Source: Chrysochromulina tobinii (Eukaryota). From it: a stretch of DNA of 35,922 nucleotides. The translations under genes and the position numbers were made by a program. Below are positions 1 through 9,300 of the stretch, one piece after another (position 1 is the stretch's first letter; every line of letters starts with the position of its first letter). Under the pieces are notes generated by a model. That model saw only the letters and a program-made list of their open reading frames with translations, ran no database searches and was not told where the DNA came from. The stretch covers positions 1 through 35,922 of the forward strand of contig JWZX01001926.1 of the NCBI GenBank assembly GCA_001275005.1, read 5' to 3'.

Positions 1-1318
1 CTGAGGAGTCTCAGCTTGATGATTCCTTCATCACCGCGCCTTGTCGCGTTTGCACAAAGTGAATGTGATCTCACAACACCAATTGTGTGTATTGAAACCG
101 CCAAGACGGGCGAGCCGCTTCCTCGTTTCCCCTTTGCCGTCCCGCCGACCATCGCCCACCGCCGCCGCCGCCCTCGCCTCCGCTGTCACCGCCACTTGAA
201 GCGCGCGATGCTCTGGTAAGGGATGCTGATCACGCTGCTGCTCATCTGCGCCTCGGTCCTGATGCGCGACTACGATGTGCACACCTTCCATGTGACGCCA
301 ACGCTGGACGCGAACGCGCTGCGCAGCGTGTTGCTCGCGGCGGGGCACAAAGAGGTCGCCGCGCCAGAGCAGGCGTCTGTTCTGTGGACCGACGCGGCAG
401 TCCACCAGACGCTCACCACGTCGGCGGTGCGTACGCAGCGCGTGAATACGCTCCCGGGCATGGTGCCCGCGCGGCCGGACGCAGCGTGCCGCGCCCTCGC
501 CGAAGCACGTGCTCCCCTTGATCGGATCGTCCGTGTGGCGGAATGCCTCGTGCTCCCGCAACAAGTCGATGAGGTTCGAGCGGCGATCGTGCGCGACGGC
601 GGGCGCGCGATGTGGGAGCTCAAACTACATGATGCTCGACAGCGCCGAGGCTGCCGGCCGGCCCATCCCGTCCCTGACGAACAACCCGGACGCGCTGCCA
701 CAGCGTGGCTCGTGGGCCGTGCGCCGTCTCGACGAGCGACCGCATCTCCTCGGGGGTCGGCGATTCTGCATCCAGCTCTTCGTGCGACGGAGCCGCTGCG
801 CGTGTACGTGCACAGCGAGGGGATTGTCTGGCGAGCGGCGCGCGCGCGCGCGTGGCATGCTCAGGTCGGCCCGCCGGAGACGTACGCGAAAGGTCCTCGC
901 CGTTTCTCAACGTCTGCTTGGCAGTCGGGCGCTCGCGACTTTGCGGCACGGCTAGTACCTGGCGAGCTGTGGCCACTAACGTCCCTGGCTCGAGGACACC
1001 GCCTGGCTCGAGGACACCGAAGCCTCTCCGGACTCCACCGCCGACACGGATGGCCAGGCGAAGCTGAAGCGTGCAGACGGCAGCGCGAACGCCTCGGCGA
1101 CGGCTGCGGCAACGCTTTGGGCATCTCTCGAGCGCGCGGGTGGTGCGGCGGCGGTGGCGAGCCCCTCACGTCAAACGGGATCGAGCTACCGCCATCCGCG
1201 CACGGGCAGCGGCTTCCCTGGCAGTCACCTCTACCGTTCGATGATGGGCTATGGCGAGCCTCTCACGCCCGTAGCCGCGGCGGCGCGCGGATACGCTGGG
1301 ACGTCCCAGCTGCTCTCG

Positions 1319-1393
1319 GTACGACGCAGCTCAGCTCTTGATTGCCTCTGGTTGGCCACTGATTGCAATGCACTGGATTGCCTCTCTCCTCAG
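1319..1393 (+). other. Probable spliceosomal intron (GT...AG, 75 nt) in TTL-like gene
   Basis: Starts gtacga, ends ctctctcctcag; lower GC with repeated gattgc words; separates two TTL-like segments. The splice alone does not restore frame. Confidence 0.6.
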
Positions 1394-1538
1394 CTTAGTT
1401 GAGGCGCTCACTCCGACCATCCTCTCGGTCGACCCGAGCCCCGAGTTGCCACTCGACCGACGCTTCGACCCATACCGGGCCGCGCAGCAGCCGACGCAGC
1501 CGCAGCCGCAGCAGCCGCTGGAGCAGGCACCCGAACGT

Positions 1539-1703
1539 TCGTGGACACTCTGCTGGCGCCGCATGCATGTGCTCACCACGGCGCCCCCCTCCATCTCCCC
1601 ACAGGAGAGCTCGTGGACACTCTGCTGGCGCCGCATGCATGTGCTCACCACGGCGCCCCCCTCCATCTCCCCACAGGAGAGCTCGTGGACACTCTGCTGG
1701 CGC
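1539..1703 (+). repeat. 72-nt tandem repeat (about 2.3 copies) spanning an apparent intron 3' end and exon start
   Basis: gtggacactctgctggcgc recurs at 1541, 1613 and 1685; each full unit contains gcatgcatgtgctcaccacggcgcccccctccatctccccacag. Confidence 0.9.
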
Positions 1704-2359
1704 AGCCGTTGGCGCAGCCGTCGGACTTGCCCTCATTGTCGACGTCCTCACCGGCGCCAAGGCGGCCGGCGGCCGGCCAGTGGATCAACGCGCGCGCCGG
1801 CGCGCGGCGGCAGCAGCGACGCTGGAGGCTGCTTGGAGCGCGGACGTGGGGCAGCCGTGGTGGCATGCCAACTGCATGCGGCGCGTGGCATCCGACGTCC
1901 TCAGATGCGGCGCGCCGCATGCAGTTGGCATCTGACGGTCGCGGTGCAGCACCCGCGCCGTCGCGAGCTCTTTCGAGAGTTGCGCACTCAAACACAACGA
2001 GACGCTTAAACATCCTCATGCTCGAACATCCGCTCATCCGCTCAAAGCTGTAACAAAGCTGCAGGGGCACTGGCCACACCGAGACGGGGTTTTATTCGTT
2101 AGTCAAGTCAAGTCTTAACATAAACAGACAGACAAGCATACGGAAGCCCATTCCACTGTGCTCCGGAAGCTTGAGACCGTTGACTTGACTCGTCCAGACT
2201 TGAGTCTTGAGCGGACGCGTCGCCGCCCGGATTGACGTACTAGTTCACAAAGCGCGCGAACTCAACAATCGGGGACCGCTCTTATATATCGCTTTGCTGA
2301 ACACCGTACACGCCTGAGTTGCTTAGTATGTGGAGCGTTCTCGGGTGAGCGCGGTGAGC

Positions 2360-5300
2360 ATGCATTGCGATCCAAATCCATATGTAATCCATATGTGGAA
2401 AGTCCGCTCAGACCAGTCGGTTGACGGCCCGTGTAGTGCATCACGGACAGCCGAAAGAATGGTTTGCCCTGCCGCGCTCGGCGCCCAGCGCCTTCATCGG
2501 CGCGTGCTGGCCATCTTGTACGCAGTGATGCCCATGCCTCAGCACGCTTTTGGATTTCTTTATCCCGGCTTCGCCATCTCTGGTGTCCAAGCGAGAATAG
2601 ACCCGTGCAAATGCCTCCGCGCTGATCCCCGCTCGGCTGGCTACTCCCTGCGGAGCTCATCATGCTGCCGCTCGGACGCCCTTCCGGGCACCGACACGCC
2701 GCATCCGGTGTGCGCCGCGCATCCCCTCCGCGTGGCCATTGTTGGCGCTGGTGGCTACATTGGCTCCCGGCTCCATGCAGTGCTTGCACAGCACTGCAAC
2801 TGGTCCGTGATGGGCTTTGACCATAATCCGCAGCTCAGAGGGGGTTTGCCTATCACCAACCTCGCGGCGCGCAACATCCCAATATCCATGCTCCACAACT
2901 ACACGGCCGTGATCTACTTTGGAGGCCTGACCGGCAGAGTCGCTTGCGATGCCGCAGGCAAGCAAAAGTCGCATACCGAGAACGTTGATGACCCCGTGGC
3001 ACTGGCCTCGCGCATGCTCCGCCACCAGCTCTTCGTCTTTGCCAGCACGTCTGCAGTTGCAGAGGGCAGTGGCGATCACCCCATAGATGAGCAAGATCAA
3101 GTGCACACTGACCTGCTCGACGTCTACTCGGCGTCCATGCTCGAACGTGAGAGGGCGATGCTGGCTTTATCGTTATCTGCCAACGTGCCTCAGCTAATTG
3201 GCCTGCGCTTTGGCACTGTCGTCGGCAATTCGCCCGGCCAGAGGACGGATCTTGGTCCCATGGCGATGATACGGAGTGCGTACACAACGGGTGTCCTCCA
3301 CGTGCGGCACCCTGAGACCAACCGTGCCTACCTCTGGCTGGAGGATCTGACCCGCGCCTTCATCGACATCCTCACAGTGTCGTCTCTCAGTAGCGAGCCC
3401 CCCCGCTTTGCCGTCTACCACCTCCTGTCGTTCAACAGCAAAATTGGCACGCTGGCGAGCGCGATCGCCGGACGCACGAGCGCCCGCATTGACACTTCGG
3501 ACCACGCCCCTGCACCTGACTCGATCGGCTTCTCGCTGAATGGCAGCCTCTTCTCGCGCACCTTCAAGACTTCCATGAAAGGTACGCCGGCACTTGTCAT
3601 TGCAGATCTCGACATGCACGTGCCAGACTCGATCACGGCCAAAGGGGCGCATATTCAACTGTCTCACATTGTCGAGGACGGGACCGACGAGAAGCCCAGT
3701 CGCGATGTGATACGCAGCCACAGTGAAGTACGGCGCACGCATCTAGGTGGGGCGAGCCATGGGCCAGAGGGCCGCCTCCTGATCAGCATCCCATGCCCTG
3801 TCTGCGGCTCCCACGACATTCAGCTCGTGCTCGACCTGCACGACCAGCCGCTCGCCAACGACTTTTTCAACACGACCGACAAGGCGTTGCAGGCAGAGCG
3901 CTATCCACTGGCGCTAATGCGCTGTCGCAGCTGCAACCACATGCACCTCTCGCACCTTGTATCGCGCCCACGCCTCTTCTCACACTACCTGTACGTCAGT
4001 GGCACCAGCAAGACGCTCCTGGGCCACTTTGAGTGGCTCGCCAACAGGGTATCTGCAGATGTGGCCACCTTGCCGGTGAATATGCAGCGCCATGCTCCAA
4101 GTGGGAAAAAGGCCCTAGCCGTTCTTGAGCTGGCCTGCAACGACGGCTCGCAGCTCGATGCATTCAAGAAGCGTGGATGGAAGACATACGGTGTGGACCC
4201 TGCCGCCAACATCGCGCATACCGCCATCGCCAAGGGCCACCACATCCAAGTTGGCTTCTGGGGGGCTGAGAACGTTTGGCCTCCGAACGAGTTGCCGGTG
4301 CACCTAGATGCAATTGTTGCACAGAACGTGCTCGCCCACGTGCCCTCGCCAGTCGCCTTCCTCCGGGCGTGCGCCAAGGCCATGGGCGCCCATACGCTCC
4401 TGTACATACAGACGTCGCAGTGCCAGATGCATGAGGACGGACAGTTTGACACGGTGTACCACGAGCACCTCTCCTTTTTCACGATGCATTCATTCAAGGT
4501 GGCGGCAGAGCTTAGCAATCTTACCATCGTCAGCTTTCAGACTGTACCCATTCACGGAATCTCGTGCTTCTGGACGTTGAGCCGTGAGAGAAAGGCATGG
4601 AGCTCGTCGAGGAAGTGGCAGAATCTATCTTCTAGTGTGCAGCAGCGGCTGAGCAAGGAGGTTGCTCTGGGGTTCACGACTGACTTCTTCTACGAAAGGT
4701 ACAACTCGCGCGCCACGGCGACGGGCATGTGGCTCGAGGCGCAGCTCGCCCGCCTCAAAAGGAGCGGATATCGGATCGGTGGATACGGTGCGGCCGCCAA
4801 GGGAATGGTTCTACTGCACTTCATGCTCGGTCGCGGAGGCCGCGCCGCTGCGCAGCTTGAGTTTGTGCTCGACGACGCGCCCATGAAGCAGGGCACCTTC
4901 TGCCCTGGGACGCGCATTCCGATCCAGCGGACATCATTTGTTTCCGAGCTGCTGAAGAACTCGCCGCAGCCGCTCGCCATCGTCGTCTTCGCGTGGAACT
5001 TCTTGGAGGAGATCAGGGCCAAGCTCACGGCCATCGCCACGGCTGCCACGCCGCACGCCGAGCCCATCCTAATCGTCCAACCCTTTCCGTCGCCGCGCGT
5101 GTTGTGGCTCAACGGCAAAACTGTGAACAACATGATTTACCAACCGACACCCGCCAGCAAGCTGCCGCATCATCCGAGCGTCTCCGGCGCACCAGCATCC
5201 GCCAACAGTACGCGGCGGCAAGTGATGCTCACCAGCCACTTCTTCAACGAGGAATTTCTGCTGCCATACTGGATTCGTCACCACGCACACATGTTTGATA

Positions 5301-6097
5301 AGGTAGTCCTTATCGACTACAATTCCACAGACCGGTCAGTCCAAATCATCAAGGAGCTTGCGCCACCAAACTGGATCATCGTCAATTCCAGTGTACCCCA
5401 TTTTGGCGCGGCGGAGCTCGACATGCAGGTGATGAGCGTGCAGAAGTCACACCCAGACTACTGGCACATTGCGCTGACGACGACTGAGTTCTTGGTGCAT
5501 GCGGATCTGCGGGGGTCGCTCGCAGTCTTGAGTGGCAAACGACCCTTGCGCATTCGCGCGGTTTACATGGTGGGCAACGACTCACGGCCGCTCGGACGCT
5601 ACAAGGATCTGGCTGCGCAACGCTCGCTATGTACAACCAGTAATGCTAGTGGATTCGAACGCTTCATCTTTGGAGGTCGCTTTATGCAAGGAAATTGGAC
5701 ATACAAACCCGGACGCCACTTCATATATTATGACGGACAAAAGAGGTTGGTTCCATTTGCGTATCTCCAAGGTGGGCTCATCCTTAAGTACACATACACA
5801 CCGTGGCCACAGGTTCAGAGCCGTCTCGGCCAAGTGGGTACGAGGATCCCATTGCACGACCAGGAAAAGGGCATTGGTGCGTATCACACTCAGCGGTTAA
5901 GCCCCAGCTTTTTGAATCAAAGTATTCAGCAGATGGTCGCTTCTGCTTCAGATTCGATCGAGAAGATGACATTAGAGTTCTTCGACCTCTCCGACCTATA
6001 CAGTCTTCTCCGACTCAGCAAAGCACTGCCATCCGCTACATTGGCGATGCTCAGGTCCTTTCACGAGGCTGGGCTCGCTGACATGGAGCTTGCTTGA
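2360..6097 (+). CDS. Tri-domain protein: NAD-dependent epimerase/dehydratase (SDR) + Zn-binding NDP-hexose C-methyltransferase + GT2-like glycosyltransferase
   Basis: Single uninterrupted ORF; first in-frame ATG 2360, alternative ATG 2459. SDR: VAIVGAGGYIG, FASTSAV, LRFGTVVG. C-methyltransferase: CPVCGS...PLAND...CRSCNH, YLYVSGTS, ELACNDG, NVLAHVP, YHEH, YGAAAKG, DDAPMKQG...PGTRIPI, FAWN. GT: HFFNEEFLLPYWIRHH...IDYNSTDRS. Confidence 0.88.
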   Translation: MHCDPNPYVIHMWKVRSDQSVDGPCSASRTAERMVCPAALGAQRLHRRVLAILYAVMPMPQHAFGFLYPGFAISGVQARIDPCKCLRADPRSAGYSLRSSSCCRSDALPGTDTPHPVCAAHPLRVAIVGAGGYIGSRLHAVLAQHCNWSVMGFDHNPQLRGGLPITNLAARNIPISMLHNYTAVIYFGGLTGRVACDAAGKQKSHTENVDDPVALASRMLRHQLFVFASTSAVAEGSGDHPIDEQDQVHTDLLDVYSASMLERERAMLALSLSANVPQLIGLRFGTVVGNSPGQRTDLGPMAMIRSAYTTGVLHVRHPETNRAYLWLEDLTRAFIDILTVSSLSSEPPRFAVYHLLSFNSKIGTLASAIAGRTSARIDTSDHAPAPDSIGFSLNGSLFSRTFKTSMKGTPALVIADLDMHVPDSITAKGAHIQLSHIVEDGTDEKPSRDVIRSHSEVRRTHLGGASHGPEGRLLISIPCPVCGSHDIQLVLDLHDQPLANDFFNTTDKALQAERYPLALMRCRSCNHMHLSHLVSRPRLFSHYLYVSGTSKTLLGHFEWLANRVSADVATLPVNMQRHAPSGKKALAVLELACNDGSQLDAFKKRGWKTYGVDPAANIAHTAIAKGHHIQVGFWGAENVWPPNELPVHLDAIVAQNVLAHVPSPVAFLRACAKAMGAHTLLYIQTSQCQMHEDGQFDTVYHEHLSFFTMHSFKVAAELSNLTIVSFQTVPIHGISCFWTLSRERKAWSSSRKWQNLSSSVQQRLSKEVALGFTTDFFYERYNSRATATGMWLEAQLARLKRSGYRIGGYGAAAKGMVLLHFMLGRGGRAAAQLEFVLDDAPMKQGTFCPGTRIPIQRTSFVSELLKNSPQPLAIVVFAWNFLEEIRAKLTAIATAATPHAEPILIVQPFPSPRVLWLNGKTVNNMIYQPTPASKLPHHPSVSGAPASANSTRRQVMLTSHFFNEEFLLPYWIRHHAHMFDKVVLIDYNSTDRSVQIIKELAPPNWIIVNSSVPHFGAAELDMQVMSVQKSHPDYWHIALTTTEFLVHADLRGSLAVLSGKRPLRIRAVYMVGNDSRPLGRYKDLAAQRSLCTTSNASGFERFIFGGRFMQGNWTYKPGRHFIYYDGQKRLVPFAYLQGGLILKYTYTPWPQVQSRLGQVGTRIPLHDQEKGIGAYHTQRLSPSFLNQSIQQMVASASDSIEKMTLEFFDLSDLYSLLRLSKALPSATLAMLRSFHEAGLADMELA

Positions 6098-6349
6098 TCA
6101 CACTCGCCTTTTACTTGTTAGATCTAGATCTAACCTCGGTACAACGCACGCGACACGACTACGTAGTTTGATCTATGATCACAGAGAGTCGAGATACTTA
6201 GCGGCGAGTAGTCGCAGTATACGTCACAGTATACGACGCTGTCGGACTCGGAGCGACCAAAAAGTACCCGACACTACAGCCAGACATGCAGCCATACTAA
6301 TAAACTCTGTACTAGAATACTGGGAGCAGCGTGGCGACATTTTCACCAA

Positions 6350-9300
6350 CTAAATGAACTCCTCGGCGTAAAGGTCGTCCCGCGATCTTCTTCGTTGTCT
6401 TTTTCTTCTTTTCGCGACTTCGCGCACATGGAACGCGCGTGGGTACGGCATGAGCACGCCCGCCCGCATGTCGCGTGGCTGGCGCACGCGGAGCACCTGC
6501 GGGGCGCCGTCGTCGGCGGCGCCCGCCTTCTGCACGTGCTTCACCTCGGAAGCGACCCCCTCGGCGGCCTTGGAGATGGCAGCGGCGGTGCCAGACAGGG
6601 GCTTCATGATGAGGCCGATCGTGCCCTTGACGACGCCGTACATGAGACCTTTGGCGCCGCTCTCGCGCGCGCCCTTGAAAGGCTGGCGCACGACGCCGGC
6701 GATTCCCGAGGCGCACCCATCACAGAATGCCTGCGCGCCGAGGTAGAGCCCCCGCCGGCCAGAGAGCGCGGGCTTCTGAAGGATGATCTGTCGGCGTAGG
6801 TGATACTTTTTGTCCATGGAGAGCGCCGAGGCCGCCTCGGACAACCCTCGCATGAGCCCGGAGGTCGCGCCCATTGTGAGCGCGCCTGTGCCACCCACGA
6901 CGCCCGTCGTCAGCGCGCCGAGGGACCTGACCATGTGCCCTTTGCGCCCCTCGGAGTACATCTCGCGGACGCCTCCGCCCACGTCCGCAAAGATGGCGGC
7001 GGGGTTGCCGAGCAGATCCAAAGAGCCAATCAGCTTGTACAGCTGCAGCGTGGCCTTGACTGCGTAGTAGCGTGCCACGCGGTTGAGGAGCGTGTCGCCC
7101 GTGTCAAAGACCTCCTCCAGTTGGAAGCGGTCGAAGGTCACAGTCACGTTCTGGAGCGACACGAGATGACGCGCGACGCCCACGAGGGACGAGGTCGGGT
7201 GGAACCGCTGCAGTTCGGGCTCATCGCACACCATGTCCATCTGCACCGTCAGCGTGAGCGACACCGGGTGCAGCTCGAGCTCCTGCAGGTAAAACTTCAA
7301 GAAGGTCGCTGGCAGCGCGCCGCGCTCCGAGTCTGTGCGGGCGCGCGTCAAGCTGCCGCCATCGCTCGGCTCGAGGGTACTGTCGGCGCGTGGCCAGCCA
7401 TCGGCCACGTGCCCATCCACTCCCAGCATCGCGGGCTTGCCGCTGCCGCTGCCGCCCGCCCCCGGCTTGGTGGCGGCGCTCTGGGAGCCGTTGGGACGTT
7501 GGGACGTTGGGACGTTGGGCCGTTGGGCCGTTGGCCGTTGGGAGCCGTTGGCGTGGGCCGGGATCTGTGCGACCGCGCGGTTGGCCTTGTCCTCGATGCG
7601 CGCGAGAGAGTCGAGGAGGCGGAGCAGCCGTGCGATGGTGTTCTGCTCGAGCTGCAGCCGGAGCGGGCGCACTGCCAGCCCAACATACTCGAGATAGATG
7701 AGCGAGTGCCATCGACGGTTGTGCGTCACCGAGAACTCGACGCATACCTCCGTCTCGCCCGTCTCCCCCTCTGCCGAAGCCACACGTGCGTGCGGCACTG
7801 GCGCGAGCATCACCGGAAACTTGGTGGCCGCGACCGCCGCGTCGACCTGCAGCCGAGCGAGGCGCAGCTCGAGCGACTGCTCGCTCTGCGATCGCGACGC
7901 GCGCAGCCGAAGCTTATGGAAGGAGACGTGCACGAGCTCGCGCGGCTCGCCATCGATGAGCGAGAGGCTGACGCCCTCGAGCCGCAGGTCGAGCAGCACC
8001 GCCGTCGACTGGTCCCGCTGCACGAGCGCGTCGTGCGCCTCTGCCTCGTCCGCCTCTTCGCTCTCGAGCATGCGGGCATCGTCGGCCTCGTTGTGCAGGC
8101 GCAGCTCGGACACGGGCCCCTTGAGGACCACCGACACCTTGATGGCCGGCCACCCAAGGCTGCGCGTCGCCGAGCTCTTGGAGCTCGAGGCGTGGTGCTG
8201 GTGCTGGTGCTGGTGCTGGTGCTGGCGCTGTTGCATCACCCTCGTGAGCACCTGCAGCGCCGCGTGCGACGGGCCGCTCGCGCCGCCCTCGCCACCGCCG
8301 CACAGCTCGGCTGGGAGCCGCTGCATCCGGTCGCGGCGCGTCGGGTCCGCGTGTGCAGCCAGCAGCAGCTCGAGGCATCGCAGAGAGGCCGATTGCGCTG
8401 CGCAGTGCAGCGGGCGTGAGCCGAGGGGATCGCGGGCGGCGCGGTTGGCTGATGCGCCCGCCTCGAGGAGCATTTGAAGCAGTGGCGCCGCATCGTCGCC
8501 ACGCGCGCAGGCCGCATGCACGGCCCCTGTGCCGTGCTCATCAATCGAGTCCGAGTGCGTGCGCGCCTGCAGCAGCTCCTGGACACGCATCGCCTTTCCA
8601 GTGGCCACGGCGTGCACGAGAGCGGGCCGCGGCGTGCGCTCCGTGTCGTGCAACGCCCAGAGTGCCTCGGCCGAATGCAACGCGCGGCGCGCGCGCGTGT
8701 TGTCCTGCGTGAGCTGGGCGGGAGTGCGCCCATCGACGCGCGTGGCGGTCGGATCGGCGCCCGCCGCGAGGAGCTGGGAGACGCACGCGAAGCCCTCGGC
8801 GCGGGAGGCGGTTGCGGCGGCCGCATGCAGCGGGCGGATGCCATGGCGTGTGTCGGAAGGCAGCTCCACGTCAGCCCCCGCCTCGAGGAGCAGAGCGAGC
8901 AGCTGAGGCTGGGTGTGCGCGCACGCGACGTGCAGCGCGCCGAGCCCGTGCTGGTCAATCGAGTCGGGGTCTGCATGCAATTCGAGTAGCTCGCGAGCGC
9001 TCGGCAGGTTGCCCGTACGCACCGCCTCGAGGAGCTCATACGACTGGAAGCGGAGCGGGCCCGGCACACTGCTGCCGCCGAGCAGTAAGGGAGCATGCTT
9101 GGCGCGAACGAGCACCTTGGCAATCGCCGAGTGCCCCGTCTCGTACAGTCGTTCCACACGCCGGCGGCGGAGCTCGCGCCGCGCGCGGGCCGTGCGGACC
9201 ATCGCCTGGACAGTGCGCGTGGCGCCCTCGCGTGACGGCGGGACGCTCCGCGTGCTGCTGCGGCCCGTTTGGAGATTGGGTGCCCACCCGCCCTCTGCGC

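Larger units (their letters stand above)
223..2053 (+). pseudogene. Tubulin-tyrosine-ligase-like (ATP-grasp) gene with multiple frameshifts (pseudogene or assembly errors); 3' end uncertain
   Basis: TTL-like motifs are spread across frames: QRVNTLPG and WELK (frame of 223), RPHLLGGRRFCIQLFV (frame of 509), EPLRVYVHSEGIVWRA (frame of 223), SQLLS then LTPTILSVDPSP (resembles the FELxGxD...LKPWLLEVNxSP end of TTL). Frame switches near 624, 783, 985 and probably ~1394. Hydrophobic N-terminus. Confidence 0.55.
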
